64,000 bases of DNA from Heptranchias perlo (Eukaryota), in NCBI RefSeq assembly GCF_035084215.1, contig NC_090335.1, forward strand, positions 39,246,001-39,310,000, written 5' to 3'. Position numbers and translations under genes: made by a program. Below, one piece after another: positions 1 through 13,700 of the stretch. Within the stretch, counting starts at the first letter, position 1. Each line of letters begins with the position of its first letter. Under the pieces are notes generated by a model. That model saw only the letters and a program-made list of their open reading frames with translations, was not told the origin of the DNA and searched no databases.

Positions 1-555
1 ACCACGGGTGGCTCTGCTGCACAGGAGGGGAGGAAGAATAGTGGCAGGGCTATAGTGATAGGGGATTCCATTGTAAGGGGAACAGATAGGTGTTTCTGCG
101 GCCGCAAACGTGACTCCAGGATGGTATGTTGCCTCCCTGGTGCTAGGGTCAAGGATGTCATGGAGCGGCTACAGGGCATTCTGGAGGGGGAGGGTGAACA
201 GCCAGTAGTCGTGGTCCATATTGGTACCAACGACATAGGTAAAAAAAGGGATGAGGTCCTGCAAGGTGAATTTAAGGAGTTAGGAGATAAATTAAAAAGC
301 AGGACTTCAAAGGTAGTGATCTCAGGATTACTATCGGTGCCACGTGTTAGTGAGTATAGGAACAGGAGAATAGACAGGATGAATGCGTGGCTGCAGGGAT
401 GGTGTAGGAGGGAGGGATTTAGATTCCTGGGACATTGGGACCGGTTCTGGGGAAGGTGGGACCTGTACAAGCGTGACGGGTTACACCCGAGCAGGACCGG
501 GACAAATGTCCTCACGGGGGTGTTTGCTACTGCTGTTGGGGAAGGTTTAAACTAG
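1..555 (+). CDS. CR1 ORF1 C-terminal SGNH/GDSL esterase domain (partial; frame open from base 1)
   Basis: GDS, PGA, HIGTND and DGLH motifs of the CR1 ORF1 esterase. Confidence 0.9.
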   Translation, partial: TTGGSAAQEGRKNSGRAIVIGDSIVRGTDRCFCGRKRDSRMVCCLPGARVKDVMERLQGILEGEGEQPVVVVHIGTNDIGKKRDEVLQGEFKELGDKLKSRTSKVVISGLLSVPRVSEYRNRRIDRMNAWLQGWCRREGFRFLGHWDRFWGRWDLYKRDGLHPSRTGTNVLTGVFATAVGEGLN

Positions 556-743
556 AGTGGCAGGGGGATGGGAACCTGAGCGGGGAGTCAGAAGGGAATA
601 AAGTTGAGAGCAGCAAGAGATGGGAAGACCCAGGGGAAATCTACAATACAAATAGTACAAACAGTTGTTCAAGAACAAGTGAAAGGGAAAAGCATAGAGC
701 AGCGGAAAGAAAGTGTACTTTAGGCACTTTAGGGACTTTAGGC

Positions 744-3737
744 ATGACAGATAAAATGAAAACTAGAAGGCGTAAGGCGATTAACCCAGCATCAAAGCTG
801 TGGCAGGGGGTTGGGAACCTGAGCAGGGAGACAGAGGAAAGCATACCAGGAAAGGACAGAAGGTATGGAGTAAAAGGTAAAGTGTTAAAAAAGGAAAAAG
901 CAGGAACTAAGTGTCACAAAACATATTTGAAAGTTATTTATCTGAATGCACGTAGCATTCGGAACAAAATGGACGAGTTAACGGCACAAATAACGACGTA
1001 TGGGTATGATCTTGTGGCCATTACAGAAACATGGCTGCAGGGTGACAACGACTGGGAATTAAATATGCCAGGGTATTTAACAATCAGGAAGGACAGGCAG
1101 GAAGGAAGGCGAGGTGGGGTGGCTATGTTAATAAGGGAAGGAATCACTGTAATACAGAGAAAAGATATTGGGACAAAGGATCAGGATAATGAAACAGTTT
1201 GGGTAGAGATAAGGAATAATAAGGGGCAAAAAACACTCGTGGGCGTAGTATATAGGCCTCCTAATAGTTGCAACTCTGCTGGAAGAAGTATTAATCAGGA
1301 AATAGTCGGGGCATGTAATAAGGGAACAGCTATAATTATGGGGGATTTTAACTATCATATTAACTGGACAAATCAAATTGGGCAGGGCAGCCTTGAGGAA
1401 GAGTTTATTGAGTGTATTAGGGATGGATTTCTTGAGCAGTATGTAACTGAACCAACAAGGGGGCAAGCAAGCTTGGACCTGGTCCTGTGTAATGAGCCAG
1501 GATTAATTAATAATGTCCTAGTTAAGGATCCCCTTGGAATGAGTGACCATAACATGGTTACATTCCATATCCAATTAGAGGGTGAGAAGGTTGGTTGTCA
1601 AACAAGTGTACTGAGCTTGAATAAAGGAGACTATGATGGTATGAGAGCGGAATTGATTAAAGTGGACTGGGAAAATAGATTAAAGGGTAAGACGGTACAT
1701 GAGCAGTGGTGTTCATTTAAGGAGTTATTTTACAACTTTCAAAAAATATATATTCCACTGAGGAAAAAAGGGTGTAAAAGAAATGACAGCCATCCGTGGC
1801 TAAGTAAAGAAATTAAGGATAGTATCCGACTAAAAACAAGGACATATAAGGTAGCCAAACTTAGTGGGAGGATAGAAGATTGGGAAGTCTTCAAAAGACA
1901 GCAAAAAGTAATGAAAGGATTGATTAAGAAAGGGAAGATAGATTATGAAAATAAATTAGCAAAAAATATAAAAACAGATAGCAAGAGTTTCTATAGTTAT
2001 ATAAAAAGAAAAAGGGTGGCTAAGGCAAACGTAGGTCCTTTAGAGGATGAGACCGGGAAATTAATGGTGGGAAACATGGAGATGGCAAAAATGCTGAACA
2101 AATATTTTGTTTCAGTCTTTACAGTAGAGGACACTAAGAATATCCCAACACTGGACAAACAGGGGGCTCGAGAGGGGGAGGAGCTAAATACGATTAAAAT
2201 CACTAAGGAATTGGTACTCAGTAAATTAATGGGACTCAAGGTGGATAAATCCCCTGGACCTGATGGCTTACATCCGAGGATCTTGAGGGAAGTGGCAGTA
2301 GGGATTGTGGATGCTTTGGTAATAATTTTCCAAAATTCTCTGGACTCGGCAAAGGTCCCGGCAGATTGGAAAACTGCCAATGTAATACCCTTATTTAAAA
2401 AGGGTAGTAGGCAGAAGGCTGGAAATTATAGACCAGTTAGCTTAACATCTGTGGTGGGTAAAATTTTGGAGTCTATTATTAAGGAGACAGTAGCAGAACA
2501 TTTGGATAAACATAATTTAATAGGACAAAGTCAGCATGGCTTTACAAAGGGGAAGTCATGTCTGACAAATTTGCTTGAGTTCTTTGAGGATATAACGTAC
2601 AGGGTGGATAAAGGGGAACCAGTGGACGTAGTGTATTTGGACTTCCAGAAGGCATTCGACAAGCTGCCACATAAAAGATTATCGCTCAAGATAAAGAATC
2701 ACTGGATTGGGGGTAATATTCTGGCATTTGTGGAGGATTGGTTATCTAACAGGAAGCAGAGAGTTGGGATAAATGGTACATTCTCGGACTGGCAACCTGT
2801 AGCCAGTGGTGTTCCGCAGGGGTCGGTGCTGGGTCCCCGACTCTTTACGATCTATATTAACGATTTGGAGGAGGGGACCGAGTGTAACATATCAAAGTTT
2901 GTAGATGATACAAAGATGGGAGGGAAAGTAGAGAGTGAGGAGGACATAAAAAACCTACAAGGGGATATAGACAGGCTGGGTGAGTGGGCGGAGATTTGGC
3001 AGATGCAATACAATATTGGAAAATGTGAGGTTATGCACTATGGCAGGAAAAATCGGAAAGCAAGTTATTATCTTAATGGCGAGCAACTGGAAAGTACTGC
3101 AGTACAAAGGGATCTGGGGGTCCTCGTGCAAGAAAATCAAAAAGTTAGTTTGCAGGTGCAGCAGGTGATCAAGAAGGCCAACGGAATGTTGGCTTTTATT
3201 GCTAAGGGGATAGAATATAAAAACAGGGAGGTATTGCTGCAGTTATATAAGGTATTGGTGAGACCGCACCTGGAATACTGCATACAGTTTTCGTGTCCAT
3301 ACTTAAGAAAAGACATACTTGCTCTCGTGGCAGTACAAGGAAGGTTCACTCGGTTAATCCCGGGGATGAGGGGGTGGACATATGAGGAGAGGTTGAGTAG
3401 ATTGTGACTCTACGCATTGGAGATCAGAAGAATGAGAGGCGATCTTATTGAAACATATAAGATTGTGAAGGGGTTTGATCGGGTGGATGCGGTGAGGATG
3501 TTCCCAAGGATGGGTGAAACTAGAACTAGGGGGCATAATCTTAGAATAAGGGGCTGCTCTTTCAAAACTGAGATGAGGAGAAACTTCTTCACTCAGAGGG
3601 TAGTAGGTCTGTGGAATTTGCTGCCCCAGGAAGCTGTGGAAGCTACATCATTAAATAAATTTAAAACAGAAATAGACAGATTTCTGGAAGTAAAGGGAAT
3701 TAGGGGTTACGTGGAGCGGGCAGGAAATTGGACATGA
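744..3737 (+). pseudogene. CR1 ORF2 (APE endonuclease + reverse transcriptase) with a single in-frame stop at 3405-3407
   Basis: LNARS, ITETW, GDFN, SDH (EN); [38 protein letters not shown] (RT); frame resumes after the TGA and continues to 3737. Confidence 0.95.
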
Positions 3738-3850
3738 ATTTAGATTTGAGGTTAGGATCAGATCAGCCATGATCTTATTGAATGGTGGAGCAGGCTCGAG
3801 GGGCCGATTGGCCTACTCCTGCTCCTATTTCTTATGTTCTTATGTTCTTA

Positions 3851-4790
3851 TGTGCTAATTTTGTCACAGTGACATCATGCACAAGTGATGATAGTGATGT
3901 GTTACACATTGCATCACATGTTTGTAAATGAAAAAAGGCTAAGCAATTTCACACTGCGTCTTTAGTACATTGTGACCAGACTTATGCTAATTTGAAACTT
4001 TATCAATGCATGATTACTTAGGGCTGATTTTACCAGTGGGGAGTGCCACTTGACAACCGTGTATATCGGGGAATCGCGGACTCACTGCAAAAGGCTCATT
4101 TATAAAATTAGCGTCTTGTACATTGTTATTGTTTCCTGCTGTTCTTTTGTTTGCTGAGTTGTAATTTTCATGAAAATGAAATTACATAGATATCTATTAC
4201 TAGCAATGCAGTGATCTAATAACATTCAGCTACACACTTACTGATGTTTGGTATGATATCCACATTTTCATAAAATGGCATATTTTTGTGTGACTTTTGA
4301 TCATGTCCTGTTGAGAAAGAAAACCAACATACTGACAGTGAGAGTCCATTGGTGAAAGCACAGATCATGTACAATGAGTGACGCACCCTAAAAATAATGA
4401 GCTCACCATGAGAAATTCCAAATAATATTATGGTACCAGAATGCCACTTCTTACTGCAGGCAGCAACGGGCATCATCAGTGAGCTGTGACACAACGGTCT
4501 TGTACTCCCAACAATTCCCACAGAATCTGGAGTATCAACAGGCATCTGCCTCATGCCAATAAATTAGATTGGCAAGACCTCCCCTTCATAGGTACGATGC
4601 TTGAAGGGGTCGTAAGAGATGCTCTCTATGATCACCTTGGATAGCGAGACACCCAACACGTCATCTCTAAAAGGAAGCCGTGTCTATCTAATCTACTAGA
4701 ATTTATTTGAGGAAGTTACAAGGTTAGTGGATGAGGGCATCCAGGTAGAAGTTGTCTACTTGGACTTCCAAATCGCAATAAAGAAGTTTG
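3851..4790 (+). repeat. Tandem segmental duplication, copy A (partner 6062-7410)
   Basis: tgtgctaattttgtcaca...ggcatctgcctcatgcca at 3851-4558 aligns with 6062-6778; 4580-4770 aligns with ~7230-7410; roughly 90% identity by eye. Confidence 0.9.
4242..4307 (-). CDS. Cytoplasmic exon with YENV motif, copy A
   Basis: Acceptor ttttctttctcaacag, donor CA|gtaagt, 66 nt phase 1-1; [22 protein letters not shown]. Confidence 0.65.
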
Positions 4791-7700
4791 ATAAGATATT
4801 GGCCCAGAAATTGCTCTGAGCAGCGAACCAACAGTGCTCGCCGCTTCATAGATTTATACCAACACTAACTTACCGCAGTCTTGACTGCGTGCACTTCCTA
4901 TAATGGGAAGCGGAGAAGAGCCCAGCGTTAGCTCCAGTGAAACTAGGACCCATGGGAGAAGCGAGGGGATCAATCTCTCCCCTTAATTGCAGATTGCAGC
5001 ATTTTTGACATGCTGCAAACAGTTTCTGTAAGCTGGAACGTAAAATCCAGGAAGTGGAAGGTACAACATTAAAATCATTGTAAGAACAGTTATAGACAGT
5101 GAAAAAAAGAAAAGGTAAGAAATAATCTAATTAAATAAAAGAGACGGATGGAAAAAGTAAAAAAAAAGTTTTACATTTTTTTATTTTAGAAAGAATTATT
5201 TTAATGACAAATATCTATTAAAATAAGGAGCAAGACTCCACATTTTAAAAGTTATTTTTTAGTTGTTTGGCAGTTGGTAAGACTTACCGCATCATTGAAA
5301 CTTAGTTTGGACCTGATATTTTTATGCGCCCCTGTTTGTGGCGATATTAGTTATTTTCCAGCTGGGTAGAAGAGCAAGTTGGCGCTGGTCTGTTGATCCT
5401 GTTGATTGAAGCCGGCGATATCCCTTTAATTAGAAACTGTTATATCGCTGGCAAACCAGGAGGAGCAAGTTTCGGATTTCCGCATTTCACTGCGCATGTG
5501 TGAATGCCAGAACTTGCTTCTCGATTTCGCCACTAACAATGGAGAGCGCTGTTGAGCTCACTGTTCTTTTTTAAGCAACTCCTGGGCCGTTGTCGCATGT
5601 TTGCACACATACTTTGACAACCTGACATGGGTCAAATATCTTCTCATTCACCTGCCGTCAGGTTCTGGACTGATACTGCACTGATGTGTTACATCACTTC
5701 CGTCCATGCTACTATACTCTTTATTGCAGAGTGACCCTGTCCTCAAAATAGAGCCACCCTTCACCGCAGGACCTCCAGTTGCTGGACTGAAATGCCTAAT
5801 TGCTCATTCTACTCTCAAACATTTTGCAGGCTAAAAGGAAGAAATACCACCCTGACTTTGGTGCATTCCATGTGCCTCAAACAAGATGCACATGGGAGTG
5901 TCAACAAATTATTTTAATGGACTGAATTCATATTATCAGGTGAGATGAGCCTCTTGAGGCCCAATGTGCAGCAATCCTGGTGTCACTGTGTCTGAGCCAC
6001 ATTATCGGCCCCATTAACTTATTGAAGTACAGCTGCCAAACTTGAGAGGGGAGAAGAGTCATGTGCTAATTTTGTCACAATGACATCATGCACAAGTGAT
6101 GAGAATGATGCGTTACACATCATTGCATCAAATGTTTGTGAATGAAAGAAGGCTATGCAATTTCTCAAGAACACAGTGGGTCTTTAGTATATTGTGACCA
6201 GACTTATGCTAAATTGAAACTTTATCAATGTATGATTGCTTAGGGTTGATTTTACCTGTGGGAAGTGCCACTTGGCAACCTTGTCTATCGGGGAATCATG
6301 GGCTCACTGCAAAATGCTCATTTATAAAATCAGCGTCTTGTACATTGTTTTTGTTTCCTGTTGTTTTTTTGTTTGCTGGGTTGTATTTTTCATGAAAATG
6401 AAATTACATAGATATCTATTACTAGCAATGCAGTGATCTAATAACATTCAGCTACACACTTACTGATGTTTGGTATGATATCCACATTTTCATAAAATGG
6501 CTTATTTTTGTGAGTCTTTTCACCATGTTCTGTTGAGAAAGAAAAACACTATACTGATAGTGAGAGTCCATTGGTGAAAGCACAGATCGTGTACAATGAG
6601 TGAAGCACCCTAAAAATAATGTGCTCACCGTGAGAAATTCCAAGTAACATTATGGTACCAGAATGTCACTCCTTACTGCAGGCAGCAACGGGCATCATCA
6701 GTTAACTGTGACAACAGTCTGATGCTCCCAACAATTCCCATCAAATTTGGAATCTCTACAGGCATCTGCCTCATGCCACTTTAATACAATTCAGAACTGC
6801 TTGAAGTTGATGCAATTCTGTTTGTCTGGGCTGTCAGTCCTGTGGAATCTACCTCATTTACATAATGGGTTGAATTCCAGAGCACTAATGGCAACTGATA
6901 AACAGTTGCACATATGCAAACTTGCACAATCACAGCCAAGTGATTTATACATCATGAATCATAACTTAATTTCTGGTCATAGACCTTCCTCAATGCCTAA
7001 ACAGGCCTTTGTATTTAATTGTGATAAAGCAGAACACGAAAATTGCACTGCTGCACTCTATTAGTCAACCAATTACATATCCATTGTAAAATATTTCCAT
7101 TGGTTCACGCTTTATTTATTTTCAGTACCAGCCTTTCCAGAGGAACTGTATCAAAGGCCTTACTGAAATCCAAGTGCACAAGTTGCTGTAACCCTCAAGC
7201 TCCTTTGACATACCCTCAAAGAAAACCTCCACTTCGTAGATACGATGCTCGAAGGGGTCATTAGAGATGCTCTCTATGATCACCTTGGTTAGTGAGATAC
7301 CCAACACAGCATCTCTAAAAGGAAGCCATGTCTATCTATTCTACTAGAATTTATTTGAGGAAGTTACAAGGTTAGTGGATGAGGGCATCCTGGTAGACAT
7401 TGTCTAAAAGTCTTTGACAAGGTACCCTGCAATAGTTTTCTCTACAAGACTGGTATCGGTGAGGAGCTGTTACAATGGATCAGGAATTGGCTATATTCCC
7501 ATAGGCAGTAAGTTGTGGTTAATGGTTAGGAATCTGCTCGAAGGCTGGTTACTAGTGGTGTCCCACAGGGATTGATCTTGGGGCTGTTGCTTTTTACTAT
7601 TTTTCTGAAGGACCTAGTTGCAGGTGTTAGAGGAATTGTCCACAAGCTTGCAGATGACACTAGAATTTGTGTGAGTGTCAGGACTATGCAGGAGAAGGAA

Positions 7701-10700
7701 CTTCTGCAAGTGGATCTAAATATGCTGAGTCAACGGACCAAACTCTGGCAGATGTCCTTTAACTTAGATAAGTGCAGTGTAATGCACTTAGGCAGGGCCA
7801 ATAATCAAGTGTACTTACACACTACATGGTACCAAATTAAAATCAGTGGAAAGAGAAAGGGATCTTGGTGTTATTGTTCATAACTCTTTAAAGGTTCATG
7901 GCCAATATTGCGAAGCTGTAGCCAAAGCAAACAGGGTATAAAGTTGCATAAAAAGAACTATTCAATATGAAACAAAGCATTCCATCTTTTCCTTGTGTAA
8001 GACCCTACTTAGACCACATTTGGAATAATGCATCCAGTTTTGGTCCCCTCACATGATGGGCGATATAGAAGCTTTGGTAAAAGAACAAAGGAGGGCCACA
8101 AGGATTATTCCCAGCTTAAATGACCGTAGTTATCCAGAACGGCTGGGTCTATTCCCTTTAGAACTGCGTAGACTTTGGGGTGATTTGTTAGAGGCATACA
8201 AAATTGTTAAAGGACTAAATTGTGTTCCTCTTGAGAAGCTATTTCAACTAGATAGGTTCAGGAAGACCAGAGGGCATACATATAACCTGTGGAAGGATAG
8301 AGCTAGATTAGATGTTAGACGGTTCTTCTTTTCCCAGAGAATAGTAGTTCTATGGAAGAAGTTACCGGTTCATGTGGTGAGTGTAGACTCCCTACGTGCC
8401 TTCAAGAGAGCGCTGGACCAGTTCTGGATTAGGAAGAAGATCACGTCTTATAAAAGGTAGGTAAAATACCAGGTGGTATATACATGTGTTCTATGTGGTT
8501 TCCTGGACTTGTTTCAATCACCTAAGGGAGGTGGAGAGGAAATTCCCAGATTTTTTTTCCCTAATGGGCCTTTGTTTGTCTTTCTGTTTTTTTGCCTCTC
8601 CCAGGAGATTACATAACTGATGGTGGGGGGGTGGGTATGTGTGCTAAGAACATAAGAAATAGTAGCAGGAGTAGGCCACATGGCCCCTCGAGCCTGCTCT
8701 GCCATTCAAACAGATCATGGCTGATCTTCGACCTCAACTCCACTTTCCTGCCCAATCCCCATATTCCTTGATTCCCCTAGAGTCCAGAAATCTGTCTATC
8801 TCAGCCTTGAATACATTCAATGACTCAGCATCCATAGCCCTCTGGGGTAGAGAATTCCAAAGATTTACAACCCTCTGAGTGAAGAAATTCCTTCTCATCT
8901 CAGTCTGAAATGGCCGACCTCTTATCCTGCAACTATGCCCCCTAGTTCTAGACTCTCCTGCCATGGGAAATAACCTCTCAGCATCTACCCTGTCAAGCAC
9001 CCTCATAATCTTATATGTTTCATTTAGATCACCTCTCATTCTTCTAAACTCCAGAGAGCATTGGCCCATTCTACTCAACCTCGCCTCATAGGATAACCCT
9101 CTCATCCCAGGAATTAATCTACTGAACCTTTGCTGCACTGCCTCTAAGGCAAGTAAATCCTTCCTTAGATAAGGAAACCAAAAACGTACATAGAACTCCA
9201 GGTGAGTTCTCACCAAAGCCCTGTACAATTGTAGTAAGACTTCCTTACTTTTGTACTCCAACCCCCTTTGCAATAAAGGCCAACATTCCATTTACTTTCA
9301 TAATTGCTTGCTGTACCTGCATGCTAACTTTTTGTGTTTCGTGTACGAGGACACCCAAGTCTCTCTGAACGCCAACATTTAATAGTTTCTCACCATATAA
9401 AAAATATTCTGTTTTTCTATTCTTCTTACTAAAGTGAATAACCTCACATTTCCCACATTATACTCCATCTGCCACCTTCTTGCCCACTCACTTAACCTGT
9501 CTATATCCCTTTGCAGACTCTTTGGGCCCGATATTACCAGGGCGGCGGGTTCACGGCGGGGTGGTGGTGGGGCGATTGGGCGCGTGGGTAACGCGCCAGG
9601 TGAAATCAGTCTGCCCCGCGCGCGATCGCAGGCTGATTGGATCCACTTACCTCTTGTTCCCGGTTCCCCGCTGCTAAGCTGCGCGGCGGGCTGACTGCGC
9701 ATGCACAGTAAGGTCTGTTAGCTGGAGGAGCCCTATTTAAAGGGGCAGTCCTCTACTGACTGATGCTGCAAGAAATAGGAAAAATTACAGCATTGAGCAG
9801 CCCAGGGGGAAGGCTGCTCCCAGGTTTAATGATGCCTCACTCCAGGTATCATTGGATGGGGTGAGGAGGAGGGGGAGGACAGAGATCTTCCCCCCGGCAG
9901 GCGGGAGGAAGCGGGCCTGACTCTGCCACCAAGAAGGCTTGGCTCGAGGTGGCAGAGGAGGTCACCTGCACCACCAACATATCGCCAACCTGCATACAGT
10001 GCAGGAGGTGCTGCAATGACCTAAGTAGGTCAGCCAAAGTGAGTACACTTACTCATTCCCCTACACTCCGTCTGCCACATCACCGCTCCCACCCCACATC
10101 TCCTTCTGCACTGCCAACACTACTCTGTCACATCACCCCTCACACCCACTCAAACCTCATCCTCATCTTACCTGCACTTACTCACCTCGCCAGTACTCAT
10201 CCCGCCACTACCACTCAACCCAATCCTCATACAATCTCATGGCTCTAACTCATACTCACCCTCTCATGTATCTCTTTCACAGTCAGCCTCACTCAACCTG
10301 CCACTACCTGTGCTGCAGCCACAGGAAATGCATCACATATGTGCAGTAGGCAGCGTAAGGCAAACGTGTCGTGAGCATAAAGGGGATGCACAAGGGTGTT
10401 TGAGGGTTTGTCATGGTTTTTACTTATATTTAATTTCTGATCAACTCACATTACATATTATATTGGAACCACTACTGCCACATCTTTGCGAATCTTGTCG
10501 GTTTGTGCAATAATGCCCTTTCCTGAGGATCACCATGAAGACCCACAACTGATGCCACCCATTGTGTCACTGCAGAGTGGGTGTAGATGTATTTGCAGGG
10601 CTCTTTTGTGCAGACGGCTGAGAGACGTCGGTGATGTCCCCGGTTGCACCCTGGAAGGATGCGGAGGAGAAGTTGTTGAGGGCAGTGGTGACTTTGACAG

Positions 10701-13700
10701 TGACAGGTAAGAAGATGGTGCTCGGGCCAGCCGGAAGCAGCTCGGCTTGAAGGAGGCTGCAGATGTCCACGACTACATGTCGAGTGACTCTGAGCCTCCG
10801 TGTGCACTGCTGCTCAGAGAGGTCCAGGAAGCTGAGCCTCGGTCTGTGGACCCTGTGGCGAGTGTAGTGCCCTCTGCGACGCATCTCTCTCTGCGGTAGC
10901 CCTCCCTCCTGCTGTGCAGGTGGATGTGTCTCAGCACCGTGTTGTGGAGCTCCATGTGTCAGAGGTGGACGGCGTGGCCGGCGAGGCTGGTGATGCTGTT
11001 CGCCCTCCGAGGAGGTCATGACTGCAGCTATGGCGGCCCCCATCCGGAAGATGTACATCTGAGGGGGTCTGTAAAGCAGGTACATGTGTCTGGACACCGG
11101 GGTAAGTGTGCAAGTTGGTGAATTTTATTGTTAGGAGGAGGGTGGTGGAGGCCAAATTTTGTCGAAAGTGACAGAGTGGCCTCCTGCAATGAGTGAGGGT
11201 CTCCCCCCACCCCGCCACCTGTCAAATGGACCTATGCAGCGGCCACAGGCTGATGGCTGCAACACATTAATTTGAACTGGGAGTGTTTCCCCCAGTACGG
11301 GAAACAGTCCCAGTTGTTTGTAAAATCCCAACCCTCCTAAAATATCTCGTTAATCAGGTCTGTAAACGACCTGAAATACCTAAATAAATACCTTAAGTGG
11401 CACCCTGCCAGCTTTAATTGCCGGCGGGAGTCCCACATGCGGGGGCTGCGCGCGCATGTCAGCGCCTCTGTGGCAAACCCGGAAGTGGGCGAGTTGGAGC
11501 CGGGCTCCCGACCCGCCCCGGGAATCCCCGATTTTCGTGGCCCCCCCGCCAGGAATGCACGCGATCGCGGGTGCTAAAATCGACTCCTTTGTGTCCTTCT
11601 CACAGCTTACTTTCCAACCTAGCTTTGTATCGTCAGCAAATTTGGTTACATTACACTCGGTCCCTTCATCAAAGTCATTAATGTAGATTGTAAATAGTTG
11701 AGGCCCAAGCACCGATCCTTGCGGCACCCCACTAGTTACAGCCACATCCAGTCGTGAATAGTGGTGGACAATTAAACAACTAACGGGAGGAGGAGGCTCT
11801 GCAAACATTCCCATCCTCAATGATGGCGGAGTCCAGCACGTGAGCTCATCACATGTAGCTAGCACCTGAATGCAACTCTACAATCAGACTCATACAAAAT
11901 GTTACTAAATGGTTTACAGTCACTGTGCTAATCTTGCAGGAGCTTTTCTAAAGGGAGTTGAGTCACTGCCTTATTAATATATTTATGATCTACTTCCACT
12001 TTATGAACAGTAAGATGAAAAACTTAACATTTTGGTTGTAACCCTTCATCAGAACTGAAAATTTAAAACAAGGCTCTCCTCAGTGTAGGAAGAGATGCAT
12101 TAGAGCAATATATCTGAAGTCTGAACCTGCGGTTCCTCGCATACTGAGCAGGATTACTATTGCAACAACACATCATCAGCAGGGTAAAGCTAACCTGTCC
12201 GCAGTGATGCTCTAGTGAATTATAACTGGACTTTGCCTGTTACTGTAGGTTTCACTTAATCAGCCTTAACCATCTTCAGCCAGAAGTGCCGAGTGGATGA
12301 TCCATCTCGGCCTCCTCCCGATATCCCTACCATCACAGAAGCCATTCTTCAGCCAATTCGATTCACTCCACGTGATATCAAGAAACGGCTGAGTGCACTG
12401 GATACAGCAAAGGCTACGGGCCCCGACAACATCCCAGCTGTAGTGCTGAAGACTTGTGCTCCAGAATTAGCCGCGCCTCTAGCCAAGCTGTCCCAGTACA
12501 GCTACAACACTGGCATCTACCCGACAATGTGGAAAATTGCCCAGGTATGTCCTGTTCACAAAAAGCAGGACAAATCCAATCCGGCCAATTACCGCTCTAT
12601 CAGTCTATTCTCAATCATCAGCAAAGTGATGGAAGGTTTCGTCGACAGTGCTATCAAGCGGCACTTACTCATCAGTAACCTTCTCACCGATGCTCGGTTT
12701 GGGTTCCGCCAGAACCACTCGGCTCCAGACCTCATTACAGCCTTGGTCCAAACATGGACAAAAGAACTGAATTCCAGAGGTGAGGTGAGAGTGACTGCCC
12801 TTGACTTCAAGGCAGCATTTGACTGAGTATGGCACCAAGGAGCCCTAGTAAAATTGAAGTCAATGGGAATCAGGGGGAAAACTCTCCAGTGGCTGGAGTC
12901 ATACCTAGCACAAAGGAAGATGTTAGTGGTTGTTGGAGGCCAATCATCTCAGCCCCAGGACATTGCTGCAGGAGATCCTCAGGGCAGTGTCCTAGGCCCA
13001 ACCATCTTCAGCTGCTACATCAATGACCTTCCCTCCATCATAAGGTCAGAAAGGGCTGTTCGCTGATGATTGCACAGTGTTCAGTTCCATTCGCAACCCC
13101 TCAAATAATGAAGCAGTCGGAGCCTGCATGCAGCAAGACCTGGACAACATCCAGACTTGGGCTCATAAGTGGCAAGTCACTTTCGCGCCAGATAAGTGCC
13201 AGGCAATGACCATCTCCAACAAGAGAGAATCTAACCACCTCCCCTTGACATTCAACGGCATTACCATTGCCGAATCCCCCACCATCAACGTCCTGGGGGT
13301 CACCATTGACCAGAAACTTAACTGGACCAGCCATATAAATACTGTGGCTACGAGAGCAGGTCAGAGGCTGGGTATTCTGCGGCGAGTGACTCACCTCCTG
13401 ACTCCCCAAAGCCTTTCCACCATCTACAAGGCACAAGTCAGGAGTGTGATGGAATACTCTCCACTTGCTTGGATGAGTGCAGCTCCAACAACATTCAAAA
13501 AGCTCGACACCATCCAAGATAAAGCAGCCCGCTTGATTGGCACCCCATCCACCACCCTAAACATTCACTCCCTTCACCACCGGTGCACAGTGGCTACAGT
13601 GTGTACCATCCACAGGATGCACTGCAGCAACTCGCCAAGGCTTCTTCGACAGCACCTCCCAAACCCGCGACCTCTACCACCGAGAAGGACAAGAGCAGCA

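Larger units (their letters stand above)
1..3853 (+). mobile_element. Near-intact CR1-clade LINE (5' end outside window)
   Basis: SGNH-esterase ORF1, then EN-RT ORF2, a 3'UTR stem-loop (ggagcaggctcgag...ctcctgctcc) and a terminal (TTCTTATG)n microsatellite tail at ~3829-3853. Confidence 0.96.

Noticed and set aside
4020-4090. ITIM-like SPIYTVV on the minus strand
   Set aside because: Needs a weak GAG acceptor, lies in a MITE-like relic, and the Tyr is not conserved in the duplicate
4408-4454. Additional exon ending G|gtgagc in the duplicated unit
   Set aside because: The frame has a TGA in copy B and the phase does not fit the upstream exons
5930-6043. Terminal exon containing LYFNKL (TIGIT-like YFN)
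   Set aside because: Only a plausible acceptor supports it; no independent evidence
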